DNA of 63,912 nt, filler included, from Sandaracinaceae bacterium (GTDB lineage Bacteria; Myxococcota_A; Polyangia; Polyangiales; JADJQN01), in the NCBI GenBank assembly GCA_947483975.1. It is 3 parts of 3 records of this genome, joined end to end, with 100 filler letters (N's around TTAATTAATTAA, not from the genome) between each part and the next. Parts side by side here need not be neighbours in the genome. Positions count along the whole stretch, not along the records: positions 24,924 to 49,585 come from CANKOL010000032.1; 2 more parts are not named here. One strand, 5' to 3'. The position numbers and the translations under genes are program-made. Within the stretch, counting starts at the first letter, position 1, and every line of letters begins with the position of its first letter. The notes below the pieces were generated by a model. That model was given only the letters and a program-made list of their open reading frames with translations. It was not told the origin of the DNA and made no database searches. Shown here in pieces: positions 28,301 through 36,104 of this stretch.

Positions 28301-28673
28301 CGTCCTCCTTGCTCGCGAAGTAGTTGCCCTGCTTCTCGCCGGCCTCGCGGATCGTACGGGCGACGCGGTAGACGAGCTCCTTGACGGACCGCTCGCCGCG
28401 CTTCGGGTCGCCGTTGACGCCCGCCTTGCGGAAGTACTTGGAGACGGCGATGTCGGTCGCGAGCTGCGACCACGAGGTCGGCACCTCGACGCCGCGCATC
28501 TCGAAGACGACCGAGCCGTCCGGGTTCGTGATGACCGAGTCGCGCAGCTCGTAGGTCAGCTCGTCGAGCGGGTTGACGCCGACGCGGGTGTTCCGGCGCT
28601 CGAGCGCAACTCCCGTTGGGCGTCCAGAAAACTGCCTGGGGGTCGTGGTCTTCGGGGTGGTGCCGTGCGTCAT
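25314..28673 (-). CDS. nrdJ: Vitamin B12-dependent (class II) ribonucleotide reductase
   Basis: WSQLATDIAVSKYFRK, FNSPVWFN, QCSACFI, SNPCSEY, LAPTGTIG, SGAISKTVNLP, YRDG, C-terminal CxxC..RNGACYKCLNCG. No intein seen. Start MTHGTT at 28673. Confidence 0.97.
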   Translation of the reverse strand: MTHGTTPKTTTPRQFSGRPTGVALERRNTRVGVNPLDELTYELRDSVITNPDGSVVFEMRGVEVPTSWSQLATDIAVSKYFRKAGVNGDPKRGERSVKELVYRVARTIREAGEKQGNYFASKEDADTFEAELLHLLVTQTAAFNSPVWFNCGLFQRYGITGQGGSYAWDLAQSAIVETKNAYEQPQCSACFIQSVGDDLMDIYELIKNEARLFKYGSGTGTNFSKLRGRQEKLSGGGTSSGLMSFLEVLDRAAGATKSGGTTRRAAKMVCLDMDHPEIVDFIEWKVREEKKARALIASGYPSDFNGEAYHTVSGQNSNNSIRVTDAFMSAVENDGDWRTYMRTNGQVCDTYKARDLWRKLSESAWWCADPGLQYDTTINDWHTCPNTDRINASNPCSEYMFLDNTACNLSSINLSKLCSDDGQFDVEGYRHAIRVMFLAQEILVDFSAYPTKQIAQNSHDYRPLGLGYANLGTLLMRMGISYDSDEGRAMCGSLTAILTGHAYRVSAEIAASKGSFAGFPQNREPMLRVMRKHRDAAYKINGRPGENSTRDPNEVCPEYLLSAAQQDWDEAVRLGEQFGYRNAQTTVLAPTGTIGLLMDCDTTGIEPDFALVKFKKLAGGGYFKIVNQSVPGALESLGYSKAEVAAIVAYVTGTNTFTGAPHLNRRGLLDRGLNDREIDKAEGALAGAFDVSLALAPWVIGKEAYDRLGIDQTTLSKPGFSLLKHFGLTQAQTDELNDHIVGRMTIEGAPHLRAEHLPVFDCANRCGKHGQRYLAPMSHVRMMAAAQPFLSGAISKTVNLPNDATVEEVANVYMEGWKLGLKAVALYRDGCKASQPLNTSNEDQKDDAGDKQTAKNAADKAGKKPVKDLPADVQLVAAQPALAQTVASLPVKLERETANPPKTNRHRLPKKRTGFTQEARVAGHKIFLRTGEYENGALGEIFIDMHKEGAAFRSLMNCFAISVSMGLQHGVPLESYVEQFTFTRFEPQGMVDGHPNIKLATSMIDYVFRVLGVEYLRRYDLAHVPPTEEQMNPTDVGGPSETQSIPPAALTEPAPQQALRFEAEAIGHKPDAHTSANALDVQLSSMMGDAPMCDGCGHITVRNGACYKCLNCGNSMGCS

Positions 28674-28776
28674 ATTGCCCTGGTGCGAGCTAGCCGATTC
28701 AGCGATGCGATCGAGTGCCACGATGCCCCTCCTGTTTCCATAGCCCTGCTGGGCTTCCGCCAATGCTCCGCCGGAC

Positions 28777-28829
28777 GAACGCACAGGTTCATCACAGCTT
28801 CCCCCCAGGGAATCCACCCTCTGTCCACA
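28777..28829 (+). promoter_or_regulatory. Five degenerate DnaA-box-like 9-mers in exact 11-bp phase upstream of nrdJ
   Basis: GAACGCACA (28777), TTCATCACA (28788), TTCCCCCCA (28799), GAATCCACC (28810), CTGTCCACA (28821) against consensus TTATCCACA. Confidence 0.5.
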
Positions 28830-28872
28830 AGCTATAGGGCCCGTCGCCGGACCAGACCGCTACTCGTTGTGG
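28825..28872. promoter_or_regulatory. Tandem NrdR boxes
   Basis: ccaCaAgcTaTaGggc (28825) and ccgCtActcgTtGtgg (28857) fit acaCwAtATaTwGtgt at the outer core positions, are 32 bp apart, and lie upstream of an RNR gene. Confidence 0.7.
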
Positions 28873-29315
28873 GGAGGCCGTGTGTACCCGCCCCGTCCGT
28901 GGCCGTCAAGTGAAGATCGAAGCGCCCGCCCTACGTGACGCTACACGGCGCGGCACATCCGCACGACTACAACAACCGGGAGGGGATAAGCAACAATCCG
29001 ACTACGACAGGGAGGGTATCGTCCGTGCTGCCAACCCCTCCGGGCGCTCCTCCGCTTCGGCGCGGAAGCCAGCGAAGGCACGACCGAATTCCGCCTCCAC
29101 GGGAGGGGCGCGCGGGGGGGCTCGAGGGGCCTCGAGGGGGCAAAAAAAGTTCTCAGCGGGCTGCGCGGCGACGGATCTCGGAGCGATCCGTCGGGCCCGT
29201 AGGGGCGCCGCAGCGCTCGATCGGAGCCGCGAGGAGGGGGGCGATTTCTCGCGGCTCCGAGCACGCCGCGTCGTCTCGCGCGGCGGTCCGTCAGGACGCT
29301 CGACGCGCCCGGACC

Positions 29316-30323
29316 CTACGGAGTGTGGCCGTCGGGGGGGCGCGCGCCGCGGTCGCTCACGCTCGCGTCAGGGTCTCCGCCCGCGGTGACCGGGAAGGCG
29401 AGGTCGGACGCGTCCCGGAGGGCCGTCAGCAGCGCCTTGGCCTCGACGGCGAAGGCGTCGGTGCTGTTGACCCGGAGCGCCAGGTCGAGCGCCTCGGCAG
29501 CGAAGGGCACTCGCACCGCCGCGAACACGGCCAGCACGCGTCGATCCCGGCTCTCGACGCGGCTGAGCAGGGTGAGCTCGCACGCGACGCGCTCGTCGCC
29601 AGAGAGCTGATGGAACGGCGCGACGTCGAGGGGCAGCTGAGCGGGATCGAACACGGCGGCATGGAACTGCGCGACGATGGCCGGCGAGCCGGGGCGGTAT
29701 CCGAAGTCTGTCGCCGGCGCCCCTGCGCTGAGCGCGTCGAGGTAGCGCTCGAGGTCTGCGATGCCTGCCGCACGCACCGCGGGGAGCGTGTGAAACGACC
29801 GCCGGTAGGCGAGCCCCCACGGGCCGTGGGCGCCGAGCGCCTTCAGGTCGAGACCGAGCAGGCGTACGAGCGCGTTGTAAGCGTGGATTCGGGCCAGGTT
29901 GTCCCGGGCCTCGCGAAACACCCAGCGAAGGAAGGGCCCGACCTGCGGCTCGCTCCGGGTTCCCAGCGCATACGCCGCGCGCACCGCGCTCGAGCCGCGC
30001 ACCGCGATCTGCGCGACCGAGCGCAGGTCCTCGTCGGTGCCGCGCAGCTCGAGCAAGGCGAGCTGCGCCTCCTCGCGCAGGTGGCGATCTTCATGCTCCG
30101 CGAGGGGGAGGAGCAGCGGCAGCAACCCCGCCCGCGAGGCCTCGCCGGCTGTGCAGACGGCGCGCAGATCGCCCTCCGCGATGCGCGCGGCGAGCAGTCG
30201 ATCGGCCTCGCGCCCTTGCTCGACCGACAGCTTCTTGAACAGCTCGCTGCGATAGCCCCACTCGTCGGTGGGTGGCTGCGCCAGGACACCGAGGAACACC
30301 GACCACGTCGCGTCATCGGCCAT
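29316..30323 (-). CDS. Hypothetical HEAT-repeat-like protein
   Basis: Helical repeats such as EDRHLREEAQLALLEL and VRAAYALG. Start MADDATW overlaps the upstream gene. Confidence 0.7.
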   Translation of the reverse strand: MADDATWSVFLGVLAQPPTDEWGYRSELFKKLSVEQGREADRLLAARIAEGDLRAVCTAGEASRAGLLPLLLPLAEHEDRHLREEAQLALLELRGTDEDLRSVAQIAVRGSSAVRAAYALGTRSEPQVGPFLRWVFREARDNLARIHAYNALVRLLGLDLKALGAHGPWGLAYRRSFHTLPAVRAAGIADLERYLDALSAGAPATDFGYRPGSPAIVAQFHAAVFDPAQLPLDVAPFHQLSGDERVACELTLLSRVESRDRRVLAVFAAVRVPFAAEALDLALRVNSTDAFAVEAKALLTALRDASDLAFPVTAGGDPDASVSDRGARPPDGHTP

Positions 30324-31440
30324 CGGGGACCGTCTCTCGAGGCTCGCCGAGCGCAGCGATCGCCGCCGCGCGCGTCGGGCCGAACATGACCGGCGCGACC
30401 GCATCGATCACCGCTTGTCGGTCGAGGCCCGGCACGGCCGCGAGGCGCGGCCACCACGCCAGCGGGATTCCGTCGCCGAGCTCGATCGAGCGGACCATCG
30501 CGGGCGCGCGTGACGCCGCCGCAGCGAGGAGGCCCTCGAGGTTCGCGTCGGCCCACGCGGGGTCGAGCCGGAGCAGGTCGCGGAACACCCAGGGCGCGAG
30601 GCCCTCGCGCGCGGCGCGGCGCAGTTCAGGGAGGGCGCGCTCGGCTGGGATGAGCCCCGCGACGGCGAACCCAGCGTACGTGCTCCAGAGGCGCGCCTCG
30701 AGGTCGCCGCCCTCCAGGGGGAGCTCAACGGCGACGCCGCGAAACCCCTGCGCGCCGTCGCGCACGACCGCCTCGACCGCGTCGACCAAGAGGCGCGCTC
30801 CGCGCGAACACGCGACGCTCAGGCCGACGCGCCGCTGCCGCGGAGTGCCCCCGAAGAGCCACGCCGCCATCGTGCGGTCGAAGGTCTCGACGGCCTCCGT
30901 GCCCGCGAGCGCTTCGCGAAAGGCGATCAGCGCGTCCACGTGGTCCTCGGCGTCGATCAGCTGCGCCAGCTGTTGCGTCCAGGCGCCGTCGTCCGCCACG
31001 ACGATCCCTCGGACCCGCGTCGGCAGGGACAGCGTCGCGTGTCCCGCGCACTCCCAGGGCGCGAACACCTGGGGCCCGCCGAAGCCGTTTTCACCGAGGT
31101 CGAGCTGCGTCGCTTGGAACACAGCGCGGAAGGTGCAGCGGCACAGATAGGTCCGAAACTCGGGCCCCTGACGCGCCCGCGCGCTGGGCTGGTCGGTCCA
31201 CGTCGGGTCGTCGTACAAGGCCGACAGCCACTCGATCACCGGCCGCCCCGAGACGAGCCCCGTATCGTCCAGAAACCAACCGTCCCGCGCGCTCACGTCG
31301 TGGCAGCAGCTTCTGCATAGGAGGTGGGAGCACGGCGTCGGTGGCGCAGGCTCACCGACCCAGGCGTACGCGTGTGGATCGACGGGGATGGGGACGGTCG
31401 GGCCGGTGACCCAGCCGCGGCGCGCGCAGAGGTTCGTCAT
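30313..31440 (-). CDS. Hypothetical protein with Cys/His-rich N-terminal domain
   Basis: CSHLLCRSCCH, YLCRC, WECAGH, followed by a helical region. Confidence 0.7.
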   Translation of the reverse strand: MTNLCARRGWVTGPTVPIPVDPHAYAWVGEPAPPTPCSHLLCRSCCHDVSARDGWFLDDTGLVSGRPVIEWLSALYDDPTWTDQPSARARQGPEFRTYLCRCTFRAVFQATQLDLGENGFGGPQVFAPWECAGHATLSLPTRVRGIVVADDGAWTQQLAQLIDAEDHVDALIAFREALAGTEAVETFDRTMAAWLFGGTPRQRRVGLSVACSRGARLLVDAVEAVVRDGAQGFRGVAVELPLEGGDLEARLWSTYAGFAVAGLIPAERALPELRRAAREGLAPWVFRDLLRLDPAWADANLEGLLAAAASRAPAMVRSIELGDGIPLAWWPRLAAVPGLDRQAVIDAVAPVMFGPTRAAAIAALGEPRETVPDGR

Positions 31441-31749
31441 CGACGAGACCTAGCCACTGGGTCGGCGTCGTCTCCGCGGGTCGTCGGCTGTGCGGCGAGC
31501 GCGTGTCCGCCGAGCGAACTGCTGATTCGTCCCCGCGCCATCCAGCGAGCAACGCTACGTGAGCGGCCTCTGAAGCACAAACGCAGAGTCGATGCCGCGC
31601 TGTTGGGCGGAGCCGAGCGCGCGCTGGCCGCCGCCCCGAGTGACAGTGCGTGCGACGGCCCACGGCGTGCTCAAGAGGGCAGCGGCGCCGTGCTACAAGG
31701 GCGGGCCGGCGAGCGCTTCTCGCCGGGTTCTCGCCCGAGGGAGGGTCAC

Positions 31750-32538
31750 GTGGATCCACAGCAGCAGCAGATGGGGCCAGCGCCCCAGGCACCACCGCAA
31801 GCAGTCTCAGCCTATGGCGCCGCGCAGGGCGGCCCGCCGAGCATCCCGCACGAGATCACGCACGGGCCGGCGTTCGCGCTGCTCCGCGTCGATCTCCCGC
31901 CGGGGCAGGTCGTCATCGCGGAGGCGGGGTCCATGGTCGCGCGCCACTCCGGCGTCGGCATGGAGGTCAAGATGAACGCCGGGAAGAACCCCGGCTTCTT
32001 CGGGATGCTCAAGGCGATCTTGATCGCGCTGATCCGCAAGTTCGTCGGCGGCGAGACGTTCTTCGTCAATCACTTCTCGTCGCCGCAGGGCGGCAGCGTG
32101 TGGGTCGCGCCGACGATGAGCGGGCAGATCGTGCACCGCCGCATGAACGGCGAGACGATCACGCTCTCGACGGGCGCGTTCCTCTGCTCGGCGGGCGACG
32201 TGGATATGTCGCTCAAGTTCGGCGGCTTTCGCGCGCTGCTCGCGCGAGAGGGCGCGTTCTTCTTGACGGTGACGGGGAGAGGCGATCTCTGGTTCACGAG
32301 CTATGGCGGCATCGAGGCGATCGACGTCAACGGCTCGTACATCGTCGATAACGGACATCTCGTCGGCTACGAGGGAGCGCTCACGTTCGACATCCGCGCG
32401 GCGGGCGGCGGGCTGATGGGCATGATGGCGAGCGGCGAAGGGCTCGTCTGCGAGTTCAAGGGTCAAGGGCGCGTGTACATCCAATCACGCAATCAGAGCT
32501 CGCTGCTCTCGTGGCTCACGCCCCTCGTGGGCGGCTGA
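31750..32538 (+). CDS. AIM24 / TIGR00266 family protein
   Basis: AEAGSMV, GGETFFVNHF, IVDNGHLV, SGEGLVCEFKGQGRVYIQSRN; GGAGGG before GTG 31750. Confidence 0.93.
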   Translation: MDPQQQQMGPAPQAPPQAVSAYGAAQGGPPSIPHEITHGPAFALLRVDLPPGQVVIAEAGSMVARHSGVGMEVKMNAGKNPGFFGMLKAILIALIRKFVGGETFFVNHFSSPQGGSVWVAPTMSGQIVHRRMNGETITLSTGAFLCSAGDVDMSLKFGGFRALLAREGAFFLTVTGRGDLWFTSYGGIEAIDVNGSYIVDNGHLVGYEGALTFDIRAAGGGLMGMMASGEGLVCEFKGQGRVYIQSRNQSSLLSWLTPLVGG

Positions 32539-32555
32539 AGGATAGGGAGAGAACC

Positions 32556-33227
32556 ATGCAGATCAATCTCCTTCACCGTCCCGCGCAGGCGCTCGCGCAG
32601 GTGTGGCTCGAGCCCAACGAGTCGATCGTCGCCGAGTCTGGCGCGATGGTCGGTATGACGACCAACGTGCAGATGCAGACGCAGTCCGGCGGGATGATGT
32701 CCGGACTCAAGCGGATGTTCGGCGGCGAGTCGTTCTTCCGCAACACGTTCACCTCGCAGAATGGCAATGGCGAGGTGCTCCTCGCGCACGCGCTCTCGGG
32801 CGATATGACCGTGCTCGAGATGACGCAGCAGGGGTACTTCCTGCAGTCGTCGGCGTTCATCGCGTCGTCGCCCGCGGTCAACCTCGACACGAAGGTCGGT
32901 GGTTTTCGCGGGTTCTTCTCGGGCGCGGGAGTGTTCGTCCTCAAGGCGACCTCGCAGGGGCCCGGACAGGTGCTCGTCGGCGGCTTCGGCGGGATTCAAG
33001 AGCTGGTGTGTGACGGCAACATCGTCATCGACACTGGGCATCTCGTCGCGTGGGACGCGTCGCTGACGTACACGGTCGGCAAGAGCGGGGCGGGCTGGAT
33101 CGCGTCGTTCCTCTCGGGCGAGGGGCTCGTCTGTCACTTCAAGGGGCAGGGACGCATCTGGATTCAGACGCGCAACCCCGTCGAATACGGCCGCGCCGTC
33201 GGCTCGCAGCTTCCGCCGAGGGGATGA
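32556..33227 (+). CDS. AIM24 / TIGR00266 family protein
   Basis: AESGAMV, GGESFFRNTF, IDTGHLVAW, SGEGLVCHFKGQGRIWIQTRN. Confidence 0.93.
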   Translation: MQINLLHRPAQALAQVWLEPNESIVAESGAMVGMTTNVQMQTQSGGMMSGLKRMFGGESFFRNTFTSQNGNGEVLLAHALSGDMTVLEMTQQGYFLQSSAFIASSPAVNLDTKVGGFRGFFSGAGVFVLKATSQGPGQVLVGGFGGIQELVCDGNIVIDTGHLVAWDASLTYTVGKSGAGWIASFLSGEGLVCHFKGQGRIWIQTRNPVEYGRAVGSQLPPRG

Positions 33228-33236
33228 GGAGGGCAT

Positions 33237-33920
33237 ATGCGTTACGAAGTCCGTCAGAAGCCTGATTTCGGAATCGTCCGCGTCGTCTTCGATGCGCCCG
33301 GCGAGCAGCTGCTCGTCGAGTCCGCCGCGATGGTCGCGCGAGACACGGCGATGGAGATGAAGACCGCGATGACCGGGGGGATCCTCGGCGCCGCCAAGCG
33401 CAAGCTGCTCGGGGGCGAGAGCATCTTCCAAAACACGTTCACGGCGACGGCCGCGGGGCAGACGCTGTGGGTCGCGCCGGGGCCCGAGGGCGACGTCCAA
33501 GAGCTGCTCTGCGACGGGCAGACGCCCGTGTTCATGCAGTCGGGCGCGTTCCTCGCGTGCGCGCCGACGGTGCAGCTCGACACCAAGTGGGGCGGGGCCA
33601 AGGGGTTCTTCTCGGGCGCGGGGCTGTTCTTGCTGCGCGCGATGGGGACTGGGCCGCTGTTCTTCTCGTGTTATGGCGGGATTCATCCCGTCGACGTCGG
33701 GGCGAATGGCTACATCGTGGACACGAGCCACATCGTCGGCTGGACGGGCGGGCTCGAGTATCGAGTGACCAAGCTCGGCGGGCTCAAGTCGCTGTTCTTG
33801 TCGGGTGAGGGGCTCGTCTGCGAGTTCCGCGGGCAGGGGCGGGTGTGGGTCTCGACGCGCAATCCGTCGAGCCTCGCGGCGTTCTTGCAGCCGTTCCGGC
33901 CGGTGAAGGCGAAGCAGTAG
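33237..33920 (+). CDS. AIM24 / TIGR00266 family protein
   Basis: VESAAMV, GGESIFQNTF, VDTSHIV, SGEGLVCEFRGQGRVWVSTRN. Confidence 0.93.
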   Translation: MRYEVRQKPDFGIVRVVFDAPGEQLLVESAAMVARDTAMEMKTAMTGGILGAAKRKLLGGESIFQNTFTATAAGQTLWVAPGPEGDVQELLCDGQTPVFMQSGAFLACAPTVQLDTKWGGAKGFFSGAGLFLLRAMGTGPLFFSCYGGIHPVDVGANGYIVDTSHIVGWTGGLEYRVTKLGGLKSLFLSGEGLVCEFRGQGRVWVSTRNPSSLAAFLQPFRPVKAKQ

Positions 33921-33922
33921 TC

Positions 33923-35098
33923 ATGCTGCGCGCTGCGCTCTGCTCGCTGTTCATGGTGGCCCTCGTTGGCTGTCGCGGAGGGCAGGACGCGGCGGCTGTG
34001 CGCCCTCCTTCTGCTGTGCTCACGCCGACTCCGACGAGCGCTCCGACGAAGCGAGTCGTGGCGCCCGTCAGCGTGCCGGTGTCCGCAGCCGTTGCGGGGG
34101 ACGACGCGGGGGACGACGCGGCGGTCGCAGGGGCTGACGGCGGCGCCGACGCGGGGGACCACCCGGCCGCCCTCTCGTATTACGGCGGCGCCCATGCGGC
34201 TGCGGCGACAGCGCAGGCGCTGGTCGGCGACACTCAGCCCCTCACGCATTGCCTCTGGTACGCCGACTCGTCTCAGCCTCCCGTGGAGGGGGCGGGGAGC
34301 ATGGTCGAGCTCGACGAGCGCATCACCGCGCTGCTGCATCGCGAGGCGCTCGTGGTGGGTCGCGTGCGGCTTGCCGCGCGCGGGTGCCCGGTCGTGTCGG
34401 CGGGCGTCGTCCTCGTGCGCGACGCGGCTGACCGGGCGGAGGACGGCGCCTCTGAGGGGCCGCCGCTCCGGATCACCGGGGACGACGCGGACCGCGGGCC
34501 TGTCGTGGGCGCGCGGGGCGATGAGCGGCGCGATGGTCCGTGGCCCGGCCCGACTGAAAAGAACGCGGACTGCACCTACGGCGCACCACCTTCGCTGTAC
34601 CTGTTCCGCGCGGTGCACAGCCCCGGCGGGGCGGTGAGCGCGCTCGCGGTCGCGTATCTCTGGGATGATGCGTGCGGCGTCTATGGGCATGACCTGCAGT
34701 TCGGCGACCTCGATGGCGATGGCACGACCGAGCTTCGGGTCGAGTCCCTGACCGGCGGCGCGGAGGAGATGACCGGCGGGAATAGCCGCGCGCAACTCCT
34801 GTGGATCTTCGACTTGGCGTCGTTCCGTCCCGAGTTCGCGCTCAACCTCGGGGTTGACTTCGTCGATGGCAACGCTCCCGGTCTGGGCTCGAGCACGACT
34901 GGGTCCGTTTCGCTCCGTGACTTGGACGGCGATGGAGCCCGCGACGTCATCGTCCGTCGCTTTATTGACGCGGTGAATGAGTGGGAAGGCCTCGGGAGGA
35001 CGGTGCAATGGACGACGGAGGTCCACTCCTACGCCCCGGCGACGGACACCTACGTTCGCGCGCCGGCGCTCGACGCGCGCGTCACGCGGCGCCGCTGA
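33923..35098 (+). CDS. Hypothetical lipoprotein with two DxDGDG calcium-binding-type loops
   Basis: LVGC lipobox; DLDGDGTTEL and DLDGDGARDV; start 2 bp after the third AIM24 stop. Confidence 0.7.
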   Translation: MLRAALCSLFMVALVGCRGGQDAAAVRPPSAVLTPTPTSAPTKRVVAPVSVPVSAAVAGDDAGDDAAVAGADGGADAGDHPAALSYYGGAHAAAATAQALVGDTQPLTHCLWYADSSQPPVEGAGSMVELDERITALLHREALVVGRVRLAARGCPVVSAGVVLVRDAADRAEDGASEGPPLRITGDDADRGPVVGARGDERRDGPWPGPTEKNADCTYGAPPSLYLFRAVHSPGGAVSALAVAYLWDDACGVYGHDLQFGDLDGDGTTELRVESLTGGAEEMTGGNSRAQLLWIFDLASFRPEFALNLGVDFVDGNAPGLGSSTTGSVSLRDLDGDGARDVIVRRFIDAVNEWEGLGRTVQWTTEVHSYAPATDTYVRAPALDARVTRRR

Positions 35099-35180
35099 CG
35101 GCGTCAGGCGAGCATAGCGGCGCGGCTCAGCGGGAGCGCGCGACGAGCACGCTCCCCGGACCTCGAACCGCGACAACTCG

Positions 35181-36104
35181 CTACGCGCCGAAGACCTCGA
35201 GGGCTGCGCGCGCGGTGTTTGCGTGGACGGCGACGACCTTGGACACGTCCTTCGTGTAGCCGCCCGCGAGCACCCACGCGATGGGGATTCCCGCGCGCTT
35301 CGCCGCCTCGAAGACGCGACGATCACGCTCGTAGAGATCGGTCACGCCGAGGTCGAGCGGCGAGTACGGGTCCTCGCGATAGGGGTCGGCGCCGGCCTGA
35401 TAGAGGATGACGCTCGGCTTGGCGCGCTCGAGCGCGCGGGGCAGATGCTCCTCGAGGAGCGCCAGATAGCCAGCGCCATCCGTGCCATTCGCGACTGGCA
35501 CGGACCAGCTGTTGTCGGTGTCCGGCGCGCGCTCGGTGTCGACGTCGCGAGAGGCGGTGTTGGCTTTGTACCAGCTGCCGTAGAGCGACAGCGCGAAGAG
35601 GTTCGGCCGCGTCGCGAGCAGGGACGCGGTGCCGTTGCCGTAGTGCACGTCGAGGTCGACCACGAGGCCGCGCTCGAGGCGCCCGTCGTGACGCGCGCGC
35701 TCGAGCGCGACGACGAGGCCGTGGAACGTGCAGAAGCCCTCGCCGTGATCGGCGTGCGCGTGATGAAAGCCGCTCGCGAGGTTGCCGGCGACGCCGTCTT
35801 CGAGCGCGGCGTAGAGCGCGGCGATGCAGCCGCCGCTCGTGAAGCGAACGGCCTCCGCGAGGCGCGCGGACCACGGGAATTTCTGAGACTCGGCGAGCGC
35901 CCTCGGCTCACCGGTCGCGACGGCGCGCACGTACTCTGCCGTGTGGACTCGGAGCAGGTCCTCGTCGGTCGCGGGCGCGGGTTCGAGGAACTCGAGCGCG
36001 AGCGCCTGCTCCTCGAGCGCGCGCCGCACGAGGTCGAATTTGCGAATCGGCATCACGTGTTCGCCGAGGTCCGCGGTGTACTTCGGCGAGTGAAAGACGC
36101 GCAT
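35181..36104 (-). CDS. Zn-dependent histone-deacetylase-family amidohydrolase
   Basis: GFHHAH, GFC, VDLDVHYGNGT, AGADP..EDP, AGGY. TGATG coupling to the upstream gene. Confidence 0.93.
   Translation of the reverse strand: MRVFHSPKYTADLGEHVMPIRKFDLVRRALEEQALALEFLEPAPATDEDLLRVHTAEYVRAVATGEPRALAESQKFPWSARLAEAVRFTSGGCIAALYAALEDGVAGNLASGFHHAHADHGEGFCTFHGLVVALERARHDGRLERGLVVDLDVHYGNGTASLLATRPNLFALSLYGSWYKANTASRDVDTERAPDTDNSWSVPVANGTDGAGYLALLEEHLPRALERAKPSVILYQAGADPYREDPYSPLDLGVTDLYERDRRVFEAAKRAGIPIAWVLAGGYTKDVSKVVAVHANTARAALEVFGA

Noticed and set aside
24972..28913. 1313-aa plus-strand ORF
   Set aside because: Antisense shadow of nrdJ; high GC3 on the real gene suppresses stops on the opposite strand.
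28674..29315. Cobalamin riboswitch upstream of the B12-dependent nrdJ
   Set aside because: I could not find the conserved B12-box elements by eye; an Infernal/Rfam scan would be decisive.
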